Source: Hyaloraphidium curvatum SAG 235-1
Lineage: Eukaryota > Fungi > Monoblepharomycota
Assembly: GCA_025558095.1 (NCBI GenBank)
Contig: JAIVFI010000005.1
Span: 620,001 to 684,000 of the forward strand
Length of the DNA: 64,000 nt
Direction of reading: 5' to 3'
Of the stretch, positions 32,541-42,842 are shown piece after piece (within the stretch, counting starts at the first letter, position 1; the number at the start of each line of letters is the position of its first letter). Below the pieces are notes generated by a model. It saw only the letters and a program-made list of their open reading frames with translations, did not search any database and had not been told where the DNA came from. Position numbers and translations under genes: made by a program.

Positions 32541-33236
32541 CTACAACGGCACCGTCGGGCAGGTCTGCGCATTCTTGACCAGCGAGGTGTCGCCCGGGAC
32601 CGAGACCCAGTACTGGTCGCTCGGACCGCAGCTTGCTACTAGGGACCAAACGCGGCACACCTTGCCGACGTGGTTGAACGAGGCGAAGTTGCAACCCGGA
32701 GCTGGATAGGTTTCGCAGTAGGTCTTGCACGCCTCGAACGTGTCGCTGGAGTGATCCGGCTCGCTCGCGCCTGCATCACAGAAGATGCCGGCGCACTGGA
32801 GGTAGGGGGATGCCTCTACAACCGGCGAGGTTGCGGCGGTGAGTGCGCGGCGAGTCGGCCGGCTCCCGACGGGGCCCACCGTAGCGGCGGTACAGCCCGC
32901 CGGCATCCTTGAAGACCTGTTCGACGCACGCAACGTGCACACGCAACGTGGCCTTCGGGCGTGCCCGGGAAGCCGAACTCGCTGGGCACGGGGGATCAGA
33001 GCGGGCGGGGTGGGAAAGCGATCGGGCGTCGCTACCAGAAGGCGGAGACGTCGCAGTCCGCGCAAGAGCGGCGGAAGACGGCGGAGGTCTTGGAAGAGGG
33101 CCTGGCCGGGCAGGAAGGAGGGGTGAGTCGTCGCCGGTGGGGATGTGGCGGCGCGACGGCGCGGGCCTACATGGCGGCAGTCCGTTAAGCCGGCGGCGCC
33201 GAGCACGGCCAGGAGGACGAAAGCGACGGCGCGCAT
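32541..33236 (-). CDS. small secreted Cys-rich protein, PAN/Apple-like C-terminal domain (probably spliced)
   Basis: Signal peptide MRAVAFVLLAVLGAA, and C-terminal FEACKTYC..GCNFASF..VCRVW with C-x3-C..C..C spacing. Confidence 0.5.
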   Translation of the reverse strand: MRAVAFVLLAVLGAAGLTDCRHVGPRRRAATSPPATTHPSFLPGQALFQDLRRLPPLLRGLRRLRLLVATPDRFPTPPALIPRAQRVRLPGHARRPRCVCTLRASNRSSRMPAGCTAATVGPVGSRPTRRALTAATSPVVEASPYLQCAGIFCDAGASEPDHSSDTFEACKTYCETYPAPGCNFASFNHVGKVCRVWSLVASCGPSDQYWVSVPGDTSLVKNAQTCPTVPL

Positions 33237-36200
33237 TCTGGGTGTTGGCGACGAAGGCCGAGGGGGATGTCTGTGGTGTCTGACTACTGATGATCCCCTC
33301 CTGCGCCGCATTTGTCATAAAAGTCGGTTTGGGACGCTGTACGCCCTTGGGACCGAACTCCGACGCACGCACTCCCGTGCATGGAGGTCGGCGCGCCGCG
33401 TGGCAAATAGGACCTGTAGCGGAGACGCATATTGTAGGCGCGCGTTATGCTCTCGGGGCGTTCCAGTCCATTTCGTCCGTTATCCCATCGCGGAGTCCCC
33501 CAAGCGAAATCACCCCAACGGTGGCTGATCACGAGTTAGCCGACGAAATCACCCCGACGCCCGAAAACCATCAAAAACGTACAGAATCAATATTTCAGTG
33601 CAACCAATCAGCATGGAGGGCCTTGTGCTAAAGAGCAGCGGGATGGGTGCGCTTGACGGTTGGGGAACGTAGAGAGTCACGGGGGTTCGCAGGAAAACCA
33701 CTGGCTTTCTCGATGAATTCCAGGCTCTCTACTAAGCCCTTTCGCGATCTGCGCCTCGTCCCATGGATCGCGAAGAATGGCGAGAGTGCCTTCACCCGGT
33801 GCTCTGGGGACGCGCTGCACGGCCCACGACACCGCCCAAGCCTTTCTTTTGAGTCAGGCTTAAGTCACAACCTCACAACTTCGCACGCTCCAACCGAACA
33901 AATCGTGCTGCGATTCTCCAGCATGCCGGTTGCGCACCGCGTCGCATGCTCGGGACACGTTTGCCGGCCGGCGACTTCAACGACCTCGTTCGCGAAAAGC
34001 TGGGCGTTCTTGGCGCCATCCAGGACAACAAAATTAACCGGAATGGTCGCCATTGTGGAGCGAGAGTGTTTTCCGGCCATTTCCGTGTTCGTGACGAAAC
34101 GGTCGTACGTGAGGAATCGGTGACCCTGGGTCGACATCACCTTCGCGATTCTGAACGGCGCCTCTTCCCCACCGTCTTTCGTCCGCGTGTCGCTCGGCGC
34201 GTCGCAGGCAGCCGACGTTGCGACGTTGGAGGCGTTCTGCAGGCTCCGTGAGCAGCTGCTCGCCAAAGAGGAGGCAACCGGGTGCTATGCGTGCCGCAAA
34301 GACCCTTCGGAACCCGCCCTCGTCGGCGTGGCCCCCGGCCCGGGTCCCATCCGCGCCTTTGTCGTGCCCGCGTGCGGCGCCGGGGCGTGCCTCAGCGACG
34401 CGCGGAACGCGCTCGCCCGCCTGAAGCGCGGCCGTCTTCCCGCCGACAACGCCGCGTATTCGATCGACCTCGGCGTCTTCATCGCGGTCTCATGGCCGGC
34501 TGGGGCTCCCATCCCCGTCTTCGTGCAGGTGGCGAAGGTGACGATCGCAATCCTTCGATGCGCGTCCGCGCGAACCCGCACGCGAAGGGCCCGGAACGGC
34601 CGGCCGATCCGGGCGGCGTGGGAGACTTGCTTGGCACCCCGGCCGCCCCGCCTCCCTCGCTCCCACCCCCCGATCCCGATTCCGACGCGTCCTTCCCGCG
34701 TCCCAACACGTCCATATCATTAATTATTCAGCGCTGGCCGGGGGAGACGGCCCCGGTTCGCGAGAACCCTGCCGCGCCCAAAAGCCGGGGGGTCGCGAAG
34801 CCCCCTCCCCCCGGCCGGCCGAAAACCCCCGGCAATCGGGCCCAGCGCGCCCCGCCACGCGTCGCAAAATCCCCGCAGATCCCCCGCGGCGCCCGTCCGC
34901 GGCGGTTGGAGGGGGCGGGGTGCCGGGGGTGCGGTACCGCGGGGGCCCGCTTCCATAGGGGGGGCGGGGAGGGAAGGGCGTGGGATTGCATTCGACGCGC
35001 CGCGGGGGCCGGGGACCGGCGTGGAAGATGGCGAGATGTGCGGACTGCTGTGTGCGGGGGCGAGAACGCGTGCCCCGATGCAAGGGAAGGTGTATCCCCA
35101 CCCCGACGGCCGGTCTGGGTCGGAAAGGGGCAGAACACCGACCGAAGAAAAGACCACCTGACCTCCCCCACGCAAGCAGCGCGCCGCCGCCCCCGCGACG
35201 CGGTGCCGCGACTCGCCGTCAGCTCGCAGGCCGCCGGACGCGGCATCGGCCGCGGGCCCGTCGTCCCCGCGGACGCAGGGGCACCGCGCAACGACGCTGT
35301 CACCTGTCGGCTCCAGATCTCCCGACCCGACCGGCCCGCGCCCGCCGCGGCACTCGCGAAGGTGGGATCCGACTGAGAGCGGCGGGTGAGGGCGGGAGGA
35401 GGGCGGGCAGCGCGCGCGTCGCGCCGCATCGCGGGTCCGGAGAAAGGGCGGCGGGTGCGCGGTGCTCGGGCCGCCCTCGCCCGCGGTGCTCGGACCGCCG
35501 CCCGCCGCCCTCCTCCGCCTCAGAGACATGCGGCCGCCGCGCTCCCTCGCCGCCCCGCCGCGGTGCGCCGGCCGCCGCGTGTAGTCACCTCTCTGACTCC
35601 CCCCCTCCCTCCCGCAGCACCCCCCCCTTTCCCACGATGGACCCCTCCGCGCTCGAGTCGCGCCTCGCCGCCGCCGTGCTCGCCCTGCTCCGCCTGCCCG
35701 ACCCGCGCCCCGCGCTCGCGGCGCTGCACCTCTCCCTCCCGCCGCACGTGCACGTCATCCCCTCGCCCCGCGGCCCCCCGCCGCGCGCGGCTTTCGTCGT
35801 CGTCGGCTCGCGCCTCCCCGTGCGCGTCGCCCTCCCGGCACCGACCGCCCCCGCGGCGCCCTCCCCGCCGCAATCCCCGTCGACGCCCCCGCCGCGGGAC
35901 CGCCCCGCCGCGCCGCCAAAGCTCCGCCGGCGCAGGTCCGCCCCGCGGGAGCAGCCGACCCACCTGCCCTCGCCGCCGCCGGATCCGGCGTGCCAGCAGG
36001 GGGACGTCCCCGCGTCGCTCGCCAGGGCGCTCTTCCACTGTGCGTTCACCCCGCGGCCGTGCGTGCCCTCCTCTGACCTTCGTCCTCCCTCCTCCTCCTC
36101 GCAGGAACCCGGCCCGCGCCGCGCGCAGGTCCCTCCCTTCACCTCCCTCGCCACCGATACCTCTGCTCTCCCAACATACCTCTTCCTCTCTAGAACTCAT

Positions 36201-36734
36201 GACGCGGCCGCCCGGCGCGCCGCCCTCAACATCTTGCCCGCACAGCTCCCTCCCCGCCTTCCGGAAGGCGGACGTACAGCACATGTAGACAGGCGTAGGA
36301 TACCTCTTTGGCGATCGTTTGGAAAAGCCCGTGACGGGGCGGTGTAGATAGCTTCTTTCTTCGGCCGGAACGATGCATTCTTTTGCAGACGCCCCTTGCA
36401 GCGGAGCCCGTTCCTACCCGGCCCCTTCTGCCACCCCGTCGGATCCGGAGGGCGATCCCGTGCTCCGACCGGCTGCCGCGATCGGGCCTCCGCTCGCGCG
36501 GATCGCAGCGCGCGGGAAGCGCCGCCGCGCATCCGCCGTCGCCATGCTTACCCCGATGTGAGTGGCACCTGGTGAGTTGGAATGCATGCGATGGAGGGTT
36601 GCTAATGCGTCGTTGGCTGCCTCCTGTCCCTTTTGTCCACGAGCTATTCTCTAGAAAGGCACAGCCAGTAGGAACTTTGCGCGGGTTCACGCGCGTCCGC
36701 CGGATTTAAGCGCTGTCTCCCCCCCCTTAACCAA

Positions 36735-37183
36735 GCTCGCCGCCCTGCTCTCCGCCGCCGCGTACGTCGCGCGGGAGTTCCTCTCGGACCGCGCGGCGAT
36801 GTGCGGCCTGCCCAACCCGCGCCCGGGCAAGCTCCCCGTCGTCGGGCACACCTTCATGGGCGCCACGTGCCGCCAGCCGCCGCCGCGCGGCCGCCTACAC
36901 CATGGCGAACCACAACGACCCCGCGTACTTCCCGGACCCGGCGTCGTTCCAGCCCGAGAGGTTCCTGCCCCCGCGGAGCGAGGGCGACCCGCCCGGCCGG
37001 TTCCTGCCGTTCGGGGCCGGGCCGCGGATGTGCCTCGGGTTCGCGCTGGCCAAGATGGAGCTCGAGGTGTACCTCCACGAGATGATCAGGGGGTGAGAGG
37101 TGGAGCTCGTGGGGGAGCCGTCGGTGCCGACGATTCCGATGTTCTACGCGAGCCCGACGGTGAGGATGACCAGGCGGGGGTGA
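36735..37183 (+). pseudogene. cytochrome P450 remnant (internally deleted, premature stop)
   Basis: An N-terminal anchor plus LPNPRPGKLPVVGHT lies about 40 nt from DPAYFPDPASFQPERF..FLPFGAGPRMCLG in another frame. An in-frame TGA at 37094-37096 precedes the final beta-strands. Confidence 0.75.
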
Positions 37184-37377
37184 AACGTGGACGGGGCGGT
37201 GGGTTTCGCCGTTGGAAAGCGTGTAGGAGTTTCGCCATGCCTTGTTAGTCGTTGCGTCGGCAAGGCCTGTAGAAGATCCGGGTCCGGAAGGATCACTTCG
37301 TTGGTGGCTGGATGGACCGCGGCAACCGATCCGGTCTGAAACCCCGGCACGACCACCGACCGACCCCGGCCCGTTAT

Positions 37378-38523
37378 ATGCCGCCGCCGGGGCCCTTCGT
37401 GCGGCCGGCCATTTTCCTCGCCGGGCTCGCGATCGGCCTGTTCCTCCGCCCGGCGGCGCAGCCCGCCCCATCCGGTGCGCCGAACCCTGGCCTCCGGGGC
37501 GCCGATCCCCTCCCCACGGCGACACATGCATGCAACGCAACCCTCCTGCAGCAACGGTGCCGCCCTGCCGCCGCTCGGCCCCCCTCCGCGGCCCGGCGCC
37601 GGACACGCCGCCCGCCCCCTGTGCCCTTCGCCGACGCCGTCCTCCCCATCCTCCGCGAATGGGGCTGCGGCCACCGCAACCTCGAGATCCCCCGCATCTT
37701 GCTCCCCGCCCTGGGCGGCCGGGAATTCGACCCCCCGCGCCACGGCCGCGGCCGCTTCGTCGTCGACGTCGGGCTGGGCCCCGGGGCGGACGAGACGTTC
37801 GCGGCGGTGGAGAACGGGTTCGTGGCGTTTTCGTTCGAGCCCGATGCGGGGAGCGTGGCGGAGATCGGGAGGAAGGCGGGGGAGAGGAATCTGACGGGGA
37901 GGATGCGGTTCGTGTCGCCAGAGCCGGGGAGGGCGTTCGACGCCTCCGAGCTGCCGAGGCCGCCGCCCGATCCCGAGGTCCGGGGATTCGCGTACGTGTT
38001 CCACGCCGCGCTTGGGGACTCGCATGGGACCGCCGGGCTGCGTGGATCGGGCGCCGAGGCGCAGGTGGTCGCGGACCCGCCAGACGGCTCGGGAGGCGTC
38101 GCGCTGCTCCGCCTGGACGACGCCGTCCCCGCCTGGGCCGACCCCGTGTACCTGCTCAAGATCGACACCCAGGGCCACGAGCTCAAGGTGCTCCGCGGCG
38201 CGCGCAGGCTGCTCCCCCGCGCGCGGTACGTGCTGTACGAGTACTCCCCGCGGCTCATGCAGCGCGGAAAGCTCGGCGACGACGCGGCGCTGCTGCGGAT
38301 GCTGCCACGCATGGGGTTCCTGTGCTTTGATGCGATGGGGGAGCATCTGGCTTTGCCGCGGCCGGGGAGGCTGGGGAGGTGGAGGGAGGAGCTTCTCGAC
38401 TGGCAGAGGTACGGGCCGGGGGTGCCGTTCCCGGGGGAGCCGGACAGGATCGGACCGTGGGAGGACGTGGTGTGCGCCAACGTCGCGGCGATGCTCAAGG
38501 ACAGGTCGCCGGACCCACGGTGA
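37378..38523 (+). CDS. FkbM-family SAM methyltransferase with N-terminal signal-anchor, intron-less
   Basis: VVDVG..AFSFEP..FHAALG..LRLDD..YLLKIDTQGHELKVLRGA..LYEYSP, with anchor AIFLAGLAIGLFL. Confidence 0.85.
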   Translation: MPPPGPFVRPAIFLAGLAIGLFLRPAAQPAPSGAPNPGLRGADPLPTATHACNATLLQQRCRPAAARPPSAARRRTRRPPPVPFADAVLPILREWGCGHRNLEIPRILLPALGGREFDPPRHGRGRFVVDVGLGPGADETFAAVENGFVAFSFEPDAGSVAEIGRKAGERNLTGRMRFVSPEPGRAFDASELPRPPPDPEVRGFAYVFHAALGDSHGTAGLRGSGAEAQVVADPPDGSGGVALLRLDDAVPAWADPVYLLKIDTQGHELKVLRGARRLLPRARYVLYEYSPRLMQRGKLGDDAALLRMLPRMGFLCFDAMGEHLALPRPGRLGRWREELLDWQRYGPGVPFPGEPDRIGPWEDVVCANVAAMLKDRSPDPR

Positions 38524-38797
38524 GGCGGTTTGATTGCTTGATGGGGTCGGCGGGGACGGATCGCGATGCTGGAGGCATGACTCATCATGGGAACGGCGGC
38601 CTGATCCGGCACGGAAACCGGCACGGGAACGGAAATTCGTCGATGCCGGGCAGGATGCCGCCGATCGCGCCGCCGCAGCCTGCGGTCTGCGGATCCTGCG
38701 GTGGATGCGCCTGGCTGACTGCAGCGCGGGTTCGGCCTCCAAGTCCCCCTGGCGGATTGCCGCGCCGTTGCCTCACCGGACAGCCCTCCCGCCCCTC

Positions 38798-40087
38798 ATG
38801 GACGCCGGCAGCCCCGCGAACGCCGCGAACGCGCGGGCGCGGTGGGCGACGTGGGCGGCGGTCGCGCTGGTCGCGGTGGTCGGCTTCAACGTGCTCGGCG
38901 CGCTGCGGGAGGACCCGCCGGCACTCGCGGGCGCGCCCGCGGCGGTGCTCGGCGGGCGGGTGCGGCCGCCGGAGGACAGAGGCGGCGCGCGGGGGGCGGC
39001 GGGGCGGGGCTGCCCGCGGCGCCCGCGGTCGCCCGTCGCCCGGCGCGAGAAGGAGCTCGGACTGGAAACGCACCTGCCCCTCGCGGCGCTGCGGGATCTG
39101 CACGCGCCCGAGTTCAACGCGTCGTCGGTGAACTGCGCCGACCTCGGCTGGGCGCCGCGGGCGGAACCGGCCGCGCTCGTCGACCTGATGCTGTTCAACG
39201 GCGAGGCCGACATGCTCGCCGTGCACATGGCCGAGCTCGACGCCGTGGTGGACGTCTTCCTCGTCGTCGAGGCCAACGTGACCTTTTCGCACCGGCCCAA
39301 GCCGATGTACTTCCCCGACCTGTACCTGGACGAGTTCGCCGGCGCGTGGCGCGACCAGGTCGCCTTCCACCCCGTCGAGGTGCCCGTCTCGGTCGGGGCC
39401 CACTGGCTGACGGAGAACTACATCCGCAACCAGTCCCGCCCCGCGCTGGAGCATCTCCTCCGCACCTCCCCCCGCCTCAGGGGCCGAAGCGCGTCGGACG
39501 TCTTCCTCGTCATCTCGGACACGGACGAGGTCCCGTGCCCGCACAAGCTGGCCTACTTCCGGCACTGCCGCGCCGAGCCGCCCAGCCAGCCCTTCCCCGT
39601 GCCCCTCGGCCTGGGCACCTTCTACTACTACTCGCTGCGGTGGGACACGGGCCGCGCCTGGGGCGGCGCGCCCGTCGTGTGGCCCGCGCCCATGGTGCTC
39701 GCCGAGGGGTTCAACGGCGACCAGAAGCGGGACCGGCACGCCCCGGTGCACCCGGCCCTGCGCAAATGCGGCTGGCACATGTCGTACTTCATGTCCCCCA
39801 CGCGGATCCGCGAGAAGCTGCTCGCCTTCAGCCACAAAGAGTATTCGGGCCCGCCGTACACCACCCTCGAGCACATCCGGGACAAGCTGAGCCGCGCCGA
39901 GAGCCTGTTCACGCCCACACCCATGAAGCTCGCGGTGCCGGATCCCAGGGACTCGAAGGCGGAGATACCGCGCTTGATCAGGGCCAACGAGTGCTACTTC
40001 AAGGAGTGGCTGGGGCCGTTCGGATGCTCGTACGGGGAGGACGATGACGAGGATGGGGAGGGGTCGGATGAGGATGAGGATGAGTAG
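38798..40087 (+). CDS. glycosyltransferase family 17 (MGAT3/GnT-III-like beta-1,4-GlcNAc transferase), type II membrane, intron-less
   Basis: D..LFNGE.DML..ELD.VVD.F.VVEAN.TFS..PKP, E..IRN, ISDTDEVP (DxD), YYYS..W, GWHMSYF and KLLAFSHKEY. Confidence 0.88.
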   Translation: MDAGSPANAANARARWATWAAVALVAVVGFNVLGALREDPPALAGAPAAVLGGRVRPPEDRGGARGAAGRGCPRRPRSPVARREKELGLETHLPLAALRDLHAPEFNASSVNCADLGWAPRAEPAALVDLMLFNGEADMLAVHMAELDAVVDVFLVVEANVTFSHRPKPMYFPDLYLDEFAGAWRDQVAFHPVEVPVSVGAHWLTENYIRNQSRPALEHLLRTSPRLRGRSASDVFLVISDTDEVPCPHKLAYFRHCRAEPPSQPFPVPLGLGTFYYYSLRWDTGRAWGGAPVVWPAPMVLAEGFNGDQKRDRHAPVHPALRKCGWHMSYFMSPTRIREKLLAFSHKEYSGPPYTTLEHIRDKLSRAESLFTPTPMKLAVPDPRDSKAEIPRLIRANECYFKEWLGPFGCSYGEDDDEDGEGSDEDEDE

Positions 40088-40217
40088 ATGGCGAATGCAG
40101 GCGCCGTCGAGCTCGGAGCTGTTGCCTGGAAGCGGTGTCCACTTCCAGGGTCCGATCAGGATGAGTTGGCCGATCGGCTGCTGCGGCCCCGCAACGTTCC
40201 GCCGCCCGCTCCCAGCG

Positions 40218-41180
40218 ATGCGGCAGCTCGTCCTCCCCGCCGCCGGCGCCGCGGTGCTGCTCATCGCGCTGTTTGCCGCGTTTTCGGGCGGGCCCGGTGC
40301 GGAGGACGGCGTGGGGAAGGCGGCCGCGGGGGGCTGCCCGAAGCTGTTCTGCCCGGCGTGCCCCGTGCCGCCCCCGTGTCCGGCGCTTGCCGGCGAGCTG
40401 GCAGCAGGAACCGTGCCCGCACCGGCGCCGGCACCGGCACCGGCACCGGCACCGTGCCCGCCGTGCGCCGCCCCCGCTCCGCAGTACACCGGCCCCGCCG
40501 GCGGCCCGCCGCCGCCGGCCCCCGGCGCCGCCAACGAGAGCTACTGGCGCTGCCCCTCCGGCGTCTTCTCCGCCGACGGCGCGTGCGAGGACCCCTCGGA
40601 CGGCGGCGCGTGGCGGTACCGCCGGCCCGACGGCACGTGCTCGCTGGACGAGGGCAGCGTGGCGGGGGACCGCGGGACCGTGCGGGCGCTTCCCGTGGTG
40701 TTTCCGGACGTAAAGTCGGCGTTGGATTTGGGCGGGGGCATCGGGCTCTACCTCACGGGGTTCAGGGACGCGGGTGTGCCCGAGGGGGAGCTCGTGGTGG
40801 TGGAGCCCGAGGACCTGGCAAACTGCACCGTCAGGGGCGTGCGGCAGCTCCGGGGCACCGTGCCGAGCGTGGACCCCGGGCGCAAGTTCGATCTCGCCAT
40901 GTCGATCGAGGTCGCGGAGCACCTGCCCCCCGGCCGCGGGCTCGAGGCGGCGCTGGTGGACTTCCTCGTGCGGACGGCAGCAAAGTACGTCGTCTTCTCG
41001 GCGGCACACCCGGGGCAGGCGGGGCAGGGGCACGCCAACGCCAAGGAGCCCGTGTGGTGGCGCGGGGCCTTTGAAAGCAGGGCGTGCGTGGCGTTCGACG
41101 TCGAGAGGACGGCGGCGGTGCACGCCAAGGCGGTGGACATGCTCAAGACCAACCTGCACGTGTTCAACAAGACCTGTTGA
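40218..41180 (+). CDS. class I SAM-dependent methyltransferase (bacterial surface-glycan type) with signal-anchor and (PA)n stem, intron-less
   Basis: SALDLGGGIG (motif I), FDLAMSIEVAEHLP and VVFSAAHPGQAGQGHANAKEP.WW. Confidence 0.82.
   Translation: MRQLVLPAAGAAVLLIALFAAFSGGPGAEDGVGKAAAGGCPKLFCPACPVPPPCPALAGELAAGTVPAPAPAPAPAPAPCPPCAAPAPQYTGPAGGPPPPAPGAANESYWRCPSGVFSADGACEDPSDGGAWRYRRPDGTCSLDEGSVAGDRGTVRALPVVFPDVKSALDLGGGIGLYLTGFRDAGVPEGELVVVEPEDLANCTVRGVRQLRGTVPSVDPGRKFDLAMSIEVAEHLPPGRGLEAALVDFLVRTAAKYVVFSAAHPGQAGQGHANAKEPVWWRGAFESRACVAFDVERTAAVHAKAVDMLKTNLHVFNKTC
40418..40454 (+). repeat. (GCACCG)n hexamer tandem repeat encoding a Pro-Ala linker
   Basis: gcaccggcgccggcaccggcaccggcaccggcaccg is seen directly, inside the methyltransferase stem. 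Confidence 0.7.
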
Positions 41181-41330
41181 GCTTGCAGGGGACGGGCACG
41201 GCGAGGTGGCGCGGAAGATTGCACCGTGCCTGCCACAGAAGCATGGATGCCCCCCTGGCAGGGGCTTGCAACAGATTGCCAAAGAGGTATCTGGCCCTGC
41301 AGCAGCAAATGCAGCAACCGCTATTGAGCT

Positions 41331-42542
41331 TCAGCGCGCTTCAGCGCGGGCCGGCCTGGCCTTGGCATCCAACCGCTTCAGCATGTTGACCAGCAAGAAC
41401 GTCCAGTACGCGTACGGGTCGTCGTTGGAATAGTGCAGGCAGTCCGTATGCCCGTCCCCCTTCAGGCCCGTAGGCAGGGAAACGTCCAGTGGGAGGACGG
41501 AGGGATACTCCCCGTTGATCAGGTCCACCACCAGCTTGCTCTGGTTCCAGAAGGTGCCCCAGGAGTAGGGCAAGCCTTCGCCCGGCTGGACCTCCGCGAG
41601 GGGTTCCTTGATTCCACCGCATCCGGCGTGGCCAGGGGGCGTGGTCCGCCAGAACTGAAGTGCATGGGGCGCCGCCCCGCGGACGTACCCGAACGCGACG
41701 CGCACCTCGTCCAGCAGCCTCTCATCTTGCTCGGGGTGTGCACCGCGGTTCATGATCACGATCCCCTTGTAGTGCCGGATCTGTTCGGTCCAGCGCATGT
41801 CGATCGCCCACCCCTGCAGCGCCCTCGCCGGGTTCCCGTCCATCAGCAGCCTGTCCGCCCTCAGGTACCGAATCTCGGACCCGTTGCAGATGGCGTCCCT
41901 GTAGGGCAGGCCTTGTATGTGGGGCACGATCGAGGGGTCGGGCTCCGGGTCCCACGATTTCGGCGTTACCCGGAGCGGGGGCAGCCTCTGGTCGCTGCCG
42001 AGCGTCCGGTTCAGGTACTCGTAATGCTGCCGCGTGATCGAATCCCCGACCAGCATCAGCGGCCGGCTTCCCAGCGCCGCGCAGACGGCCTCGCGGTCCA
42101 TCGTCGTCTCAAAGTCGGAACACCGCGGATCCGGTTCCCAGACGTAGCCCAAGCCGTGCACCGGCGGGTCCATCCTGGTCCAGTTCCCGAACCACGACCA
42201 GCAGTACGCCATCCTGCGCAGCGCGACGTAATCCGCCCCGTCCAGCACCAGGTCCGCCGTGAGCCGCAGGGAAGAGGCGCCGTGGGGCAGCGCGGCGGGG
42301 ACCGCAGGGCGCGGCGGGAACGCCGGCACCGGGCCGCCCAGAAAGTCCCACTGGGAGCCGCGCGATGGCGGCTCGCCTTTGCCCGGCGTGAACTCCAGCG
42401 GTTCGGGGGTCGTCATGCCCGGCACCGCCGCATCGCGTGCGGCCGGCGCCGGGCCGCCGCGCGTCAGGCCCCAGCACGCCACCACCGTCACCGCCAGAGC
42501 CGCAAGCGCGATCTCCCGGCGCAGGTGCGGCGCTGGCGTCAT
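41331..42542 (-). CDS. PC-esterase/TBL-like SGNH O-acetyltransferase, type II membrane, intron-less
   Basis: Anchor IALAALAVTVVACW, then G.W..Y.WEP..C, LMLVGDSITRQHY, NRGAH, FWRTTPPGH..C and DCLHY (GDS plus DxxH). Confidence 0.85.
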   Translation of the reverse strand: MTPAPHLRREIALAALAVTVVACWGLTRGGPAPAARDAAVPGMTTPEPLEFTPGKGEPPSRGSQWDFLGGPVPAFPPRPAVPAALPHGASSLRLTADLVLDGADYVALRRMAYCWSWFGNWTRMDPPVHGLGYVWEPDPRCSDFETTMDREAVCAALGSRPLMLVGDSITRQHYEYLNRTLGSDQRLPPLRVTPKSWDPEPDPSIVPHIQGLPYRDAICNGSEIRYLRADRLLMDGNPARALQGWAIDMRWTEQIRHYKGIVIMNRGAHPEQDERLLDEVRVAFGYVRGAAPHALQFWRTTPPGHAGCGGIKEPLAEVQPGEGLPYSWGTFWNQSKLVVDLINGEYPSVLPLDVSLPTGLKGDGHTDCLHYSNDDPYAYWTFLLVNMLKRLDAKARPARAEAR

Positions 42543-42842
42543 GGGAGCCGGCTGGGAATGTGGAGCGTTACGTTCTTGCCGGACAGCTGGGCTGTGCCCT
42601 GTGACTCGTTCCAAAATCCCATGGGGATTCAGGCAAAACCTGGGGCGCAAAGCACGCATCCGTTCCTCAATGGTATTCCGCTCTCGATGGTAATGCTACA
42701 GCTTGTAAAGTCAGAGAACAAAAGGGCCGCATGGCCGAAAGAAAACGCCCTGGGGCGGATCGCATCAGGTATCCCGTCCTTCCTCACCCTCACATTCCCT
42801 CCATCCGTCCTTCATTGCTCCACCGCACCGCGCCGCACGGCC

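Noticed and set aside
33647-36350. ORFs at 34187-34723 (CxxC..C..C) and 35637-36347 as genes
   Set aside because: No recognisable family, an in-frame TGA at 34121 upstream, and low-complexity GC-rich frames. They may be decayed genes but cannot be supported.
37094-37096. In-frame TGA in the P450 fragment as possible selenocysteine or readthrough
   Set aside because: The position is not a catalytic Cys site, no SECIS was recognised, and the gene is already internally deleted.
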